Positions 52,520-61,960 of a stretch of DNA of 64,000 bases are shown piece after piece. A program made the position numbers and the translations under genes. Source of the DNA: a virus. Below the pieces are notes generated by a model. The model was not told the DNA's origin. It ran no database searches and saw only the letters and a list, made by a program, of their open reading frames with translations. The stretch spans positions 54,696-118,695 of the IMG/VR virus record IMGVR_UViG_3300009551_000003. The stretch is one strand, 5' to 3'. Numbering within the stretch: the first letter of the stretch is position 1; every line of letters starts with the position of its first letter.

Positions 52520-54753
52520 TTTCTCAACCTTTCACCGATCCAACCTTCGGCCGCGATCGGCATACCGGGCGCCCAATGCGGAACTTCTGCCATCACTGCC
52601 TCAAACTCTTTGAGAGTGCAAGTACCTTTGGGAGCCTCTGCGATAACTTCGTCATGGATAGAAAGAAGCAAGTCAAACTCAAACATATCGTCAACGCGCA
52701 GCATAGATTCGGCTAGGAGATCACGCGAACTTGCTTGATCGTAGTTCTCTACGAGAGTCCCGCCGTGCGTGCCGAGGCGCTTCCACTGCTTTGTGTAAGT
52801 GTCGCGGCCCATGAAAGACAGATGGGGTTGTAGGAAGCTCTCTGGCTTGTCGGCCAGCAATGTTTTCTTTTGCTTTTCCGCCAATCTTTCGGCGTGTCGA
52901 TATACCCTAACTAGCGGAACGTTTTTCTTGGCCGGGAATGTGATTTGCGAGGGGCTGCCACGTTCATTAAGTGCTGCGAAGCGGTAGTTGATGCGAGTAT
53001 GCACCTCCGGGTAGAGATATGCAAGTAGGCGTCCGGAGGGAAGGCGGCAGTGCAGAAAATCTTTATCAACGAAGTAGGATACAGCGCCTACACCAAATTC
53101 ATCGCCGCCGCAATAGTGTTCGCCGCCTTCCGTGACCGCCGCTATCGCAGCGCGCTCGCTACCCTTCCAAAGCATTGGCACTTCAGGGTACATTTTCTTG
53201 CGGTAAGTATTCACGATCCTCTGACAGAAATCGTCGGCAAGCCAAATGCCTTCATCCATCCACACCGTCATTTGGAACTTTTCCCAGCCCATGGCGTAGC
53301 CGAGGCCCAGAATGGCTTTCTTCCCGAGGTTGCGTTCGGTTTTATTCGCCTTTGTGATGATGCGCCCATAGATTTCACAGGCCATGTCGAGGTAGGGGTC
53401 ACCCCCGGGCGTGTTGAACAGATTGAGCAATCTTGAACATCCAGAGAGCCACGCGAGCTTGCGGGCTTCGATGGCGTTGAAGTCGGCCGCGTATAGCTCT
53501 TTGCCGGCGGAGGCCGTCAGGGCGCCTCTACAGGCCTTTGCAAGCACCACCGTAGGTTCGTCGCCCCAGATCAGGGAGAACATATCGGGCGAAAGTTCTC
53601 CACAGATATCATCCCAGACCTCACACATATCTTTCGAATAGCCCCGGACGAAGTTGTGCGGCTGCACGCCCTTGCCGGCCCAGCGGCCGGTCCGGTCGGC
53701 GCCGTTGAAGAGCATGATGTCGTGGAGCTTGCCGTCCGGGCAGACGCTCTCGATCATGCGCTTGTACTTGGCGACGGAAGAGCGGTTGCCCTCCATGGAA
53801 ATCTCAACCACTCGCTTGACACGAGCGCCGTCCTCGCCTAGCGTTTCCCATTTCGCGTCGATCGTCGGCTTGATTGCAGCCTTGGCTTCGTCGCCAGCTT
53901 TAGTGGGGACGCCATACAACGCAAACGAAAATGTGTCAGCCTTGGTGTCCTTCAGCGGCTCGGCGCCGATCGCCTCCAGCCGGCCGTTGATCCATTCGAG
54001 GAGCGGTTTGCGACGCGAGAACTTGTCAACATAGCCGCCTGTCAGTTCGGTAAGCTCGCCGTTGAGTCGGTCGGCCTCGACGCCGGCCAGTTCGAGCGCG
54101 CGGTGCGCGCCTTCGAGATCAAGCGTGATCCCGCGTTGATTCATCCGAAAGTCCATTCGCCAGTATTCAAGCTCACGCTCGGTCATCGGCGGACAGTAGT
54201 TCGAGAGCCCGCGTTCGCCGCGCACGTCACCCTTGCAGTATTCCCAATTCCTGCGATGCTCGATCTCTTCTTCGCACCATCGGATGCCAGTGAAGCCCTT
54301 GCGCTTGGGCATTGGCTTGGAGAGCTTCTGGATCAGCCGGCGACCGTCCGCGATCTTGCGGTGCTCCAGATGCACGGCGTTAATCGCGTCGCCCAGAGAG
54401 CGCGGCAGCGACACGCATGAGGCCTTGGCGGCGGAGCATTGTAGTTGGTCGAGCGAAAGCTCGACATCGAACTCGGAAAACTCCCGGCGTAACGCGATAT
54501 TCCAGATATAGAACTCGAAGCCGGCGTTGTGCGCCTCGACGGGCTCGCCGTCGCGGATGCGTTCGATCAGTTCGTCCGGACGTGGGCTCTTCTCTATCCA
54601 CGGATGGTCGCGGTGCCAGAGATGAACCTCTTCCTCTTCGTCGTAGGCCCACGCAAGGCAGAGCGCTTGTGTACTAACATCGTGCGCGTAGCGTTGCTGG
54701 CCCCACTTAATGAGGTCGGCAGCGCTGCGAGTCTCGAAGTCGAGGGTAATCAT
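52516..54753 (-). CDS. DNA polymerase family A with 3'-5' exonuclease
   Basis: LDFET, AHNAGFE, TGRWAG..VQPHN, ADFNAIEAR, R..GK..ILGLGY, IHDE. Confidence 0.95.
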   Translation of the reverse strand: MITLDFETRSAADLIKWGQQRYAHDVSTQALCLAWAYDEEEEVHLWHRDHPWIEKSPRPDELIERIRDGEPVEAHNAGFEFYIWNIALRREFSEFDVELSLDQLQCSAAKASCVSLPRSLGDAINAVHLEHRKIADGRRLIQKLSKPMPKRKGFTGIRWCEEEIEHRRNWEYCKGDVRGERGLSNYCPPMTERELEYWRMDFRMNQRGITLDLEGAHRALELAGVEADRLNGELTELTGGYVDKFSRRKPLLEWINGRLEAIGAEPLKDTKADTFSFALYGVPTKAGDEAKAAIKPTIDAKWETLGEDGARVKRVVEISMEGNRSSVAKYKRMIESVCPDGKLHDIMLFNGADRTGRWAGKGVQPHNFVRGYSKDMCEVWDDICGELSPDMFSLIWGDEPTVVLAKACRGALTASAGKELYAADFNAIEARKLAWLSGCSRLLNLFNTPGGDPYLDMACEIYGRIITKANKTERNLGKKAILGLGYAMGWEKFQMTVWMDEGIWLADDFCQRIVNTYRKKMYPEVPMLWKGSERAAIAAVTEGGEHYCGGDEFGVGAVSYFVDKDFLHCRLPSGRLLAYLYPEVHTRINYRFAALNERGSPSQITFPAKKNVPLVRVYRHAERLAEKQKKTLLADKPESFLQPHLSFMGRDTYTKQWKRLGTHGGTLVENYDQASSRDLLAESMLRVDDMFEFDLLLSIHDEVIAEAPKGTCTLKEFEAVMAEVPHWAPGMPIAAEGWIGERLRK

Positions 54754-55016
54754 CCGATATCGATGTCTTCACCTCTGCCGGGCGGAGGTGGATCGTTCAC
54801 CACGATTCGCAGAGTTGGCTTCAGAAGTTCGCGGAGGGCCTTAGTCATCTCCTCGCGGGCGTCGCCACGCTCCGTCGCCAAAAGCTCGGCTGTCGTGTGA
54901 CGGGAGAAGGGGCTGGCGACCTCGGCCATGATCTGGCCGCGTGCGATATTGATGGCGAAATTCTCGATCGCCTCGACGACTTGCTCAATCTTCGTATTCT
55001 CTTGGGCTGATGACAT
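54750..55016 (-). CDS. hypothetical protein
   Basis: GAGG RBS before MSSAQEN. Confidence 0.55.
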   Translation of the reverse strand: MSSAQENTKIEQVVEAIENFAINIARGQIMAEVASPFSRHTTAELLATERGDAREEMTKALRELLKPTLRIVVNDPPPPGRGEDIDIG

Positions 55017-55092
55017 GGGAGACCTCGCCACGGACCGCCCGTGGTGTCCGCATAAAACCAATTCGATTCCCGCCGTCAAGGCACTTAGGCAA

Positions 55093-55125
55093 AATAAAAG
55101 AGGCGCGGATTTCTCCGCGCCTCAG
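55093..55125 (-). terminator. intrinsic terminator after SSB
   Basis: GAGGCGCGGA-GAAA-TCCGCGCCTC then TTTTATTTT on minus. Confidence 0.75.
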
Positions 55126-55175
55126 TATTTCCCGCCGGTCCTCCGGGCGGATTTATGGGACTGTCCCCGAGATTC

Positions 55176-55811
55176 TTATGCGGTCGGATCACTTTCGTCA
55201 CCGCCGCCGACATCGAAGTCGTCATCGGCGCCGCCGAAATCAGCGGATACATCGTCATCGCCGAAATCATCCTCGGCCGACGTGAAGCCTTCGAACGATT
55301 TGTCGTCCTTCAGCTTTTGGATGTTGCCCAGCCCGAGCGAAAGGCCCTTGCCGATCTTGTTGAACCAATACGGATTGACCGAAGCGCGAGCCCAGCAGCC
55401 GGCGTAGAACTCCTCGGCATTCTCGCCAGTGATAGGGTTGCCGCTGAGATCGAGAATCTGCGGCCGGCGCTTGCTGTTCGCCATCGTGCAGTAGCGCATG
55501 TCCGGGTCGCCGTAGCCCTCATAGTCCTTCTCGTCGCCCTTGTGGAAGGGCAGCTTGAAGACGCCACGGTCAAGGTCCTTCATCGGCTTCTTGAAACCGT
55601 CGATCGACACCTGATTGAGGGCCGCGAGAATCGCCTGCCACTTCGCCTTGTCCTTGTCGGTAAAGGTCTTGGGGAAGAACAGCGCAGTCAACGAGAATCG
55701 CGGCGTACCGTTGTTATAGGACGCCTTCTCGAAGACTTGTGGGAAGCTGACGCGGAAGGGAGGAGTGAGCAGACGCGAAGATTTCTTCGCCGCTGTTGCG
55801 GTGTTTGCCAT
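55176..55811 (-). CDS. single-stranded DNA-binding protein (DUF2815/gp2.5-like)
   Basis: FRVSFPQVF, EFYAGCWARASV, G...GLGNIQK..D, acidic tail. Confidence 0.85.
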   Translation of the reverse strand: MANTATAAKKSSRLLTPPFRVSFPQVFEKASYNNGTPRFSLTALFFPKTFTDKDKAKWQAILAALNQVSIDGFKKPMKDLDRGVFKLPFHKGDEKDYEGYGDPDMRYCTMANSKRRPQILDLSGNPITGENAEEFYAGCWARASVNPYWFNKIGKGLSLGLGNIQKLKDDKSFEGFTSAEDDFGDDDVSADFGGADDDFDVGGGDESDPTA

Positions 55812-55862
55812 AGGATGTCCTTTCTGATGTGAGTTGATGTGATATCGGACCTTGGCAAGGAT

Positions 55863-55892
55863 ACGTTAAGCATATCCGTTAACCATTGTCAA
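55863..55892 (-). promoter_or_regulatory. promoter upstream of SSB with TTAACCAT in the spacer
   Basis: TTGACA-N18-TAACGT; TTAACCAT at 55879-55886. Confidence 0.6.
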
Positions 55893-55899
55893 GCGCGAA

Positions 55900-56259
55900 T
55901 CAGAAGGGAATTTCCTGCGGCGCGATCGGAGCCGGCGCGCACGGCCGGGCCGTCCTGCGGTTTTGCGACGGCGTTGCCCATTCGAGATTGTTGCGCCGGC
56001 AGTTGAGCGAATCACCATCGCCATGATCGCCTATAGTATGACGCTTACTCGGCGGAAGTTTCATTGATCGCTTCAAAATTTCCTTGTGCAGATAAAGCTT
56101 GATCCGCTGGCGGTCGTCCCACGTCGAGCGCGTCGCGTAGGCCTTGCGCTTGTGACGATCCCACGTGATCTGCCACTTCCACTTGATGGCCCACGCATAG
56201 TCTTCATCGGAGACTACCGCGAAAATCGTCGCCGTCGTGTCGAGGTATATCCGGTTCAC
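55900..56259 (-). CDS. HNH endonuclease
   Basis: VSDEDY, YLHKEI, DHGDGDSLNCRRNNL....SQN. Confidence 0.8.
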   Translation of the reverse strand: MNRIYLDTTATIFAVVSDEDYAWAIKWKWQITWDRHKRKAYATRSTWDDRQRIKLYLHKEILKRSMKLPPSKRHTIGDHGDGDSLNCRRNNLEWATPSQNRRTARPCAPAPIAPQEIPF

Positions 56260-56657
56260 TAGGCTTTCCGAATTTCCACGCATCTGATTCGGCGCCGGCC
56301 GAGCAGCACGTGCGCGACCGCGCGATGGTTGCCGTCCCATACGAGGTGCGTGCCGTCCTTCAGTCGGCAAACAGTCGGACGCTTTTTGTGCGGGACGCGA
56401 CGCAATTGATAGATCAGCCGGCGCGGAGACAGGCACGATTGCTTCGCGCTCTTGAGCGTCGCCAGATCAGCCCATACGACACGGGCATATCGTAGCTTCG
56501 TAACGTCGGTCGCATTAAGAGCTTCAGAGAATTGCGCGTTCGTGCAGGGCTTCAGCACGTTGCGGATGTACCAGCCTTTCGGATCACGCTTCTTGCATTC
56601 CGGATCACGGTAGCGCTGTAGCTCGCGGACGACCTTGATCGCCGTGTCGAGTTTCAT
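56259..56657 (-). CDS. ParB/Srx-like domain protein
   Basis: LVWDGNHRA. Confidence 0.65.
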   Translation of the reverse strand: MKLDTAIKVVRELQRYRDPECKKRDPKGWYIRNVLKPCTNAQFSEALNATDVTKLRYARVVWADLATLKSAKQSCLSPRRLIYQLRRVPHKKRPTVCRLKDGTHLVWDGNHRAVAHVLLGRRRIRCVEIRKA

Positions 56658-56911
56658 TTTGCACAGTAGACCTTGCTGAGATTGGCCAGCCCGAGGAGTA
56701 CACTTTCGATGTCTCGCTTACCGACGCCTGTGCAGTCGTTGAGCAGAACCACGATCGCCTTCTGATTGAGACCACTTTTCTTCAGGCTCTCAAAGCCGGC
56801 GCTGATCTTGACGATCGCTTCAGCTAGTATCTCGGGGCTCGGAGCATTCTTCTCCGGAGGCAAGAGACTGTCGGCGCCGAGCGTCTTCACTTGTCGTTTG
56901 AGATCAATCAT
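56654..56911 (-). CDS. hypothetical protein
   Basis: SGLNQKAIVVLL.D; ATGA-coupled. Confidence 0.6.
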   Translation of the reverse strand: MIDLKRQVKTLGADSLLPPEKNAPSPEILAEAIVKISAGFESLKKSGLNQKAIVVLLNDCTGVGKRDIESVLLGLANLSKVYCAK

Positions 56912-57528
56912 GATGTCATCCATCTCCAGAGGAAAAACGCGCCGGCTCCCATGATCGCGCCGGGGATCACGTCCACAACGTAGTGCTGTTTTGTCTTGAT
57001 CGCGCTGGCGCCGATCAGGACCGGGAAGAGCCAACCTACCCACGCGAACCACGGCCACGAGTGCGATATCGTAAGATCGACCATCGTTGCGACGCTGACG
57101 TGCATGCTCGGCATAGAATTGCGGAGCTTGTCGTAGCTCCAGACGAGATCGATGAAGCGCATCGATCGCGGGTAGTTATAGCGCGCGTGATAGACGGCGG
57201 GTTGTTCTCGCCAGTCTGCCGGAATCGCAACAGGATGGCGGAGGAAGAAGTACATCTGACAGGTTAGCAGGAAGAGGAAGCCGCCGGACGTGATCGCGTA
57301 GCTTCGCCAGTCCGGTTGCGCCATCGCCGCCAGCACAATCATCGGATAATACAATCCGCTGTAAACCCAAACCCATCGCGGGTCGAACGTCACCCACGAA
57401 TCGAGGCGCGTCGTCAGGTAGCGCGGCGGATAGAAGTTCTGACGCTGCGCCCAGAAATAAAATTGGTAGCCGCCGATGATCAGGACGATCGTGATCGGAA
57501 TTTCGAGAAGGCGATCGAACAGATTCAC
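56908..57528 (-). CDS. PAP2-superfamily multi-pass membrane phosphatase/phosphotransferase
   Basis: NSMPSMHV and KQHYVVDV motifs; about six hydrophobic helices; GTG start with GAGG RBS. Confidence 0.8.
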   Translation of the reverse strand: MNLFDRLLEIPITIVLIIGGYQFYFWAQRQNFYPPRYLTTRLDSWVTFDPRWVWVYSGLYYPMIVLAAMAQPDWRSYAITSGGFLFLLTCQMYFFLRHPVAIPADWREQPAVYHARYNYPRSMRFIDLVWSYDKLRNSMPSMHVSVATMVDLTISHSWPWFAWVGWLFPVLIGASAIKTKQHYVVDVIPGAIMGAGAFFLWRWMTS

Positions 57529-57562
57529 TGGGGAAGCCTCGCACAATAGAAAAACGACCGGA

Positions 57563-57600
57563 GCTTTATCCGGGCGCTTCGTAGGAGTCAAGATGGTTAG
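57563..57600 (-). promoter_or_regulatory. promoter for PAP2 gene with CTAACCAT box upstream of the -35
   Basis: CTAACCAT-C-TTGACT-N17-TAAAGC. Confidence 0.5.
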
Positions 57601-57923
57601 GGCGAGATTTGTTCGGCGTTCGCGACGAGAGCGCGACCAAGAGTTTGACGCCTCCGGGCGCAAGATACACACGCGCCGCACTTTGTATATCGCTCACTCC
57701 CCCCGCATTTGGAGCATGCTATGCCCTGATACGTCGGGAGAGAATTTGCTACCGTCTGCGCGTTGCGGACAGCTTGATGGATTCCAAGAACGCGGAACAT
57801 CTCATTCAGCGCCGGATTATCTTTTCGAGCAACAAGGGCTTCGATGACTTTTGTCCGGTCATTGTTGAACTCCCCCATCGTATCCCGTGTAGCAGCCCTT
57901 ATTGAATCAAAATGCGCGCTCAT
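57597..57923 (-). CDS. hypothetical protein with Zn-finger
   Basis: YQGIACSKCG..ERY..CGACVSC; GGAG RBS. Confidence 0.6.
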   Translation of the reverse strand: MSAHFDSIRAATRDTMGEFNNDRTKVIEALVARKDNPALNEMFRVLGIHQAVRNAQTVANSLPTYQGIACSKCGGSERYTKCGACVSCARRRQTLGRALVANAEQISP

Positions 57924-57949
57924 GACGGCTGGGTCTCCAAAAGAACTTC

Positions 57950-57990
57950 TCGCGTACCCCGCTTTTAGACAGAGTACGCGATATTGTCAA
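57950..57990 (-). promoter_or_regulatory. promoter with inverted repeat flanking the -10
   Basis: TTGACA-N17-TAAAAG; TCGCGTAC/GTACGCGA. Confidence 0.55.
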
Positions 57991-57995
57991 CCCGT

Positions 57996-58490
57996 CTAGC
58001 CGACCTTGTATAGCCCGACGAGTTCGCCGTGATCGCCAAGCTGGCCGTCGAGGGTGTGGCTGCCGTCCTTGCAATCGATGTAGAGCCGAGCGAACGGGTC
58101 CTTGGCGTATTCCTTCGAGTAGCCCTTCAGCCGGCCGGCCTTGCGCTTGACGACCTTCACTTCACGATTTTTCATGCACGTAAAGCCGCAGTCGCATTCG
58201 AGCTTGTCGCCGACTTTGACTTCGGCGGCTATCGCGTAGGGGCGCCCGTTCACGTCGGACGGCACGAACACCGGCTCGCCGAGCTTGATCGTCTCGACAT
58301 CGGCAGCGAACTCGCAACTCTCGCCGTCGTCGGGTCCAATGCTGCTCCTACTTACTTGCAAAAATCCTGTCACAGTGAACGGGATGCGATAGTGATCCGA
58401 GACGAGCTTGGTAAGCTCTTCGCGGCCGTCCTTGACATCGATCAGCGCGAAGTCAGACGTGACTTTCGGGGACTTCAGTTTCTTAGGCAT
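57996..58490 (-). CDS. hypothetical protein
   Basis: GGAG RBS before MPKKLK; D.GFTCM...LYIDC.DG.H.LDGQ. Confidence 0.65.
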   Translation of the reverse strand: MPKKLKSPKVTSDFALIDVKDGREELTKLVSDHYRIPFTVTGFLQVSRSSIGPDDGESCEFAADVETIKLGEPVFVPSDVNGRPYAIAAEVKVGDKLECDCGFTCMKNREVKVVKRKAGRLKGYSKEYAKDPFARLYIDCKDGSHTLDGQLGDHGELVGLYKVG

Positions 58491-58551
58491 AGGTGCGTCT
58501 CCATGGTTGCTGCCATGGCATATACCATGCCCGTAGGATTCATCAAGGGGG

Positions 58552-58821
58552 TCAGCGCCTTGAATCAAGATAGATGATATACTTGACTCCCATAGCGGCC
58601 GTCTGGAGGGCTTCGGTCATCGCGCTCTGTTGATAGCCGCGATCGGCTTTGACTTCATCCCAAAGCTCCTCAAGCTCTTCGCGGATCACGCTATGGCCCT
58701 CGTGGGCCGACGCCAGCCCGCCGTGCATGTTGATCGCGCGTTCGACTTCAGCACGCACATCGGCCAGCACCTTATCGAGCCGGCGGAGAGCTTCGGCCTT
58801 TTTGATCTTTGGTCGCTTCAC
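58552..58821 (-). CDS. MazG-like all-alpha NTP pyrophosphatase
   Basis: SAHEG.SVIREELEELWDEVK...EA.Q.AAM. Confidence 0.65.
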   Translation of the reverse strand: MKRPKIKKAEALRRLDKVLADVRAEVERAINMHGGLASAHEGHSVIREELEELWDEVKADRGYQQSAMTEALQTAAMGVKYIIYLDSRR

Positions 58822-58964
58822 GTAGTATCCTCTCTTGTTCGGCTGCCCACTCCGGCGAGCCCGGCCGCATGGCGCCGGTCGGGTTCTTCGCCCATTCCAT
58901 GACTCCGGCCGCGATCTTCTTTATGGCTTCGCGGCGCTTCGCGCAACCCTCGCACTCCAACACG

Positions 58965-59642
58965 TCAGCCTCCGGTCGGATGCCGAACGAAGCAATAGAT
59001 TCGGCCGACCTCGCCAGCGTGTACCACCATAAAAATCCAGCCGTGCTCTGTAGGATTGTCAAGATCATCCATCAGATCATTGATCTTCGTTTCCGGCACT
59101 TCCACTTCTGTCCCGGTCGCAATGTACTCGCGATGCGTACCGTCTGGGAAAAGCTTGGCGCTGCCATCTGCGATGACGGCCGTCCACGTTCCAGTCGGCG
59201 TCCCATTGCTGTCAACGTTTTTCCAGTAACGATCTACCGGATAGCCGTCAGCCTTGCCACAACACGAGCCCGGCTGATTGTCAGGCTGCTGGAGACGTTC
59301 AAACCATTTGGTTGCCGGCGCGTCAGGATCGAATCCATGGTTCATCGCGGGCGCGGGTGATGCCGAGAACATCCAAAAAAGCGCGGCCAACACGACGGCG
59401 AGCTGGACGAGGCGTTGCCAGAACGGCGGCTCGGTAGGTTCGAGCGTTTCCTGATAGAGCAGCGTTTCCTGAGAGAGCGGGCGCAGATAGCGCGTCCCGC
59501 GTTGCGTCTCGTAATAGCCATCTCGGCCGTCCGGACACATCGGATGATTGCATGTCAAATATCGATTCGGATCAGCGACGTCGCACGTCGGGCACTGATA
59601 CGGCGGCTCCGGGTACGCCGGTCCGTGTTCATCATACCCCAT
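58965..59642 (-). CDS. membrane-anchored/secreted Cys-containing protein
   Basis: N-terminal Cys motif, TM, then WF..L.QP....SCCGKADG...CFV..P. Confidence 0.6.
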   Translation of the reverse strand: MGYDEHGPAYPEPPYQCPTCDVADPNRYLTCNHPMCPDGRDGYYETQRGTRYLRPLSQETLLYQETLEPTEPPFWQRLVQLAVVLAALFWMFSASPAPAMNHGFDPDAPATKWFERLQQPDNQPGSCCGKADGYPVDRYWKNVDSNGTPTGTWTAVIADGSAKLFPDGTHREYIATGTEVEVPETKINDLMDDLDNPTEHGWIFMVVHAGEVGRIYCFVRHPTGG

Positions 59643-59964
59643 CGCCGTGCGCCTCTTCGTTGATAGTGATTGCCGGCGTGCCGTGGCGATCATCAACAAT
59701 CACTTCGCCGACTGGATCGACCACACTGAGGTAGCATGGCGGTTGGACATTCGTGAGCAGCGCCATTTCGATCACGCCGCCCCGGTTAAGGTGCGCAAGC
59801 TCGACAGCGGTCGGACGCCATGTGCTGACGAGTTGTATGATCTTGCGCTCGCCGTAGTGCTCGGCACGAACTTTGAGATCGCCACAAGCCCCGTCTTTCT
59901 TTTCATCCCAGTTTGCGGGCGGCTGGTAATTGTGCGTGGCGCCACGGGTTTCAACGGGTTTCAT
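59632..59964 (-). CDS. conserved phage hypothetical protein
   Basis: AGGAG RBS; PANWD...GACGDL.V...STWRPT..EL..LN.GG. Confidence 0.65.
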   Translation of the reverse strand: MKPVETRGATHNYQPPANWDEKKDGACGDLKVRAEHYGERKIIQLVSTWRPTAVELAHLNRGGVIEMALLTNVQPPCYLSVVDPVGEVIVDDRHGTPAITINEEAHGDGV

Positions 59965-60173
59965 GTTTCTCTCCTGAGATGCAGTCCGTGTTTGCGTGCC
60001 CAATCGATCGCAGAGTTGTAGTCAGTCCGGGCGGCTTGCGGCATATCTTCCGGCTCAGGAACTACGTCCATGTAATAGCCGCCGTTGATGACCGCTAGCC
60101 GGCACGCCGCAAGTTTCGCGTCTGTGTCGCACCACAGTTGAACATCACCACCGTAGCAGATGAAGACGCGCAT
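59961..60173 (-). CDS. hypothetical protein
   Basis: Coupled 70-aa ORF. Confidence 0.5.
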   Translation of the reverse strand: MRVFICYGGDVQLWCDTDAKLAACRLAVINGGYYMDVVPEPEDMPQAARTDYNSAIDWARKHGLHLRRET

Positions 60174-60312
60174 CAGTGCCTCAGTTGCGGGGGAAGGGGC
60201 GGAACGGGCACGCAGCGGAGCGTCGGCGCCGGCTCGCTAACGAGCGGATGCGGACAGTCCATGGAGCGCGTGCGATCTTCCCACGAGCGACCACATTTCG
60301 GACAACGATGGA

Positions 60313-60582
60313 TCATGTGGACCTACGATTGTAGTTGACGGCCTTGAGCGCTTCGTAGACAAGATGCCAGACATGGATGGCCAGACGCGGATAGTTCTTC
60401 ACACTTCCTTGCCGATTCACGACGCATTTGTCAAGAGCCTCTTTGCTCCGGCCGCGAAAAGTTTCAACCGAATAGTCGCCGTGCTCGCCGTCACCGCCGA
60501 CGTTGCAGATGTGCATCCGGGCCAGTTCCTTGCTCCGGCTCGGATGGATGGCGGAGTGAAGCTCGACGCGGATGACGATCAT
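60313..60582 (-). CDS. conserved phage hypothetical protein
   Basis: MIVIRVELHSA...LARMHI.N.G....GDY...VWHLV..AL. Confidence 0.6.
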   Translation of the reverse strand: MIVIRVELHSAIHPSRSKELARMHICNVGGDGEHGDYSVETFRGRSKEALDKCVVNRQGSVKNYPRLAIHVWHLVYEALKAVNYNRRST

Positions 60583-60682
60583 GGGACATGATGTCCTTTT
60601 CCAAACACGGTGATGTACCAGCCGCCAGCGGCGGAGCGATAGACCCAGAACCACCAACGGCGGTATGTCCACATCGGGCGCC

Positions 60683-61960
60683 TCATGCTCCGAAGTCAGC
60701 ACTGTCATCGGCAAATTCGTCGGCTGCATCCTCGGCAGAAGAGACAGCCTCGCGCGGATCGATGTCTTCGGCCACCGTCAGTTTGCCTTCGGGTTTGAAC
60801 GCAAGCTCGGTGACCTTCTGCTTGACCGCCTTGCGGGCTTCCTTGCCCATGCCCAGCTTCTCGATCTGAGCCGGTGACCGAAGCTCCGGCTTTGTCCAGA
60901 GGTCATCAGCGGGCACGCCAAGCTCTTCGAAGGCCTGTGCGATGGAGTCCTCGCTATAGCTCACGTCCCATTTACGATTGGCCCGGCCGCGCACGAGCTT
61001 GAACCCGGGGACAGCGTTGCCGTTCACAAGTTCGTTCATGATATCGCCTTCGATCTGGCGAGCCCAACCGTCGAGCAGTGGAATCCATCTGGCTTTCCGC
61101 GCCAATTCAGCGACGTCTTTCGGCACCGCCAGCGGTTCGTTCGGCGGTTCTTCGGCGAAGTCGGCTTGCGCCTCCTCCAGAGCTTTCGCATCGAACTCGG
61201 GACAGCGGGTCTTGGCCGGACAGAACGTGCACCAATCACCGGCTCTGAGAGGAGCGTTAGGCACCGATGTAGCGTCCGCCGCCTGTTTCATCCTGATCTC
61301 GAACAGCTTCAGTTCGTCCCGCGTGTAGGTCGCGGAGCGAATGGGGCCGTCAATATGCGGCGCGTTCGGTTGCGAGATGACGATCGTCACACTCTCAAGA
61401 TCGGGATGCTCGTGCAGCATGCCGACGCCGTAGTTTTGAAGCTGTTCGTTATCACGCGCCTCGACGAGCATGTAGCCGTTCTTGTGATCGATCAGCACAC
61501 CCCGGCCGAACGCCTCAACGAGCGAAACGTCGCCTGTGCCGCCAAGACGCGAATCGAGCCACGACATATCGAAGTAGCGTTCGGAGAACACCTCGACGCC
61601 GGCTCCCAATTCCTCCCGCCAGCGATCGACCTCGTCGATCGTGCACTGCACGCCGTTGACCATCTCTTCGTCGCAGATGAAAAGAAACCATCCTTCGCGG
61701 TTGAGATTGATTTCGGTGTCAGGCGGATAGACTTCGGTCTCTTCTTCACCGGGGCCATGCACAAGGACGCTGTAGCGATGATAGGCGCGGGCGTCGTGAA
61801 TGTCGTGAATAATCATCAATTCGATGATCTTGTGCGCGGCCGTTCCCTTCATGGCTGCCGAGTTCGTCGTGCTCGACTCGTCGCCGATCAGCTTGACGCT
61901 TCCTGCGCAATTCATCCAGCGATGCGCTGCTGATGGTGAGAGTTTGGAGTGGAAGGCCAT
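60683..61960 (-). CDS. Cas4-like/DUF2800 PD-(D/E)xK exonuclease
   Basis: HSKLSPSAAHRWMNC.GS, GTAAH, GGTGD, IDHKNG, QLQNY, WCTFCPAK..CP. Confidence 0.9.
   Translation of the reverse strand: MAFHSKLSPSAAHRWMNCAGSVKLIGDESSTTNSAAMKGTAAHKIIELMIIHDIHDARAYHRYSVLVHGPGEEETEVYPPDTEINLNREGWFLFICDEEMVNGVQCTIDEVDRWREELGAGVEVFSERYFDMSWLDSRLGGTGDVSLVEAFGRGVLIDHKNGYMLVEARDNEQLQNYGVGMLHEHPDLESVTIVISQPNAPHIDGPIRSATYTRDELKLFEIRMKQAADATSVPNAPLRAGDWCTFCPAKTRCPEFDAKALEEAQADFAEEPPNEPLAVPKDVAELARKARWIPLLDGWARQIEGDIMNELVNGNAVPGFKLVRGRANRKWDVSYSEDSIAQAFEELGVPADDLWTKPELRSPAQIEKLGMGKEARKAVKQKVTELAFKPEGKLTVAEDIDPREAVSSAEDAADEFADDSADFGA

Noticed and set aside
60683-61960. Cas4-like gene as sign of a CRISPR-Cas system
   Set aside because: No repeat-spacer array or other cas genes were seen; this nuclease with DUF2815 SSB and PolA is a standard phage replication set
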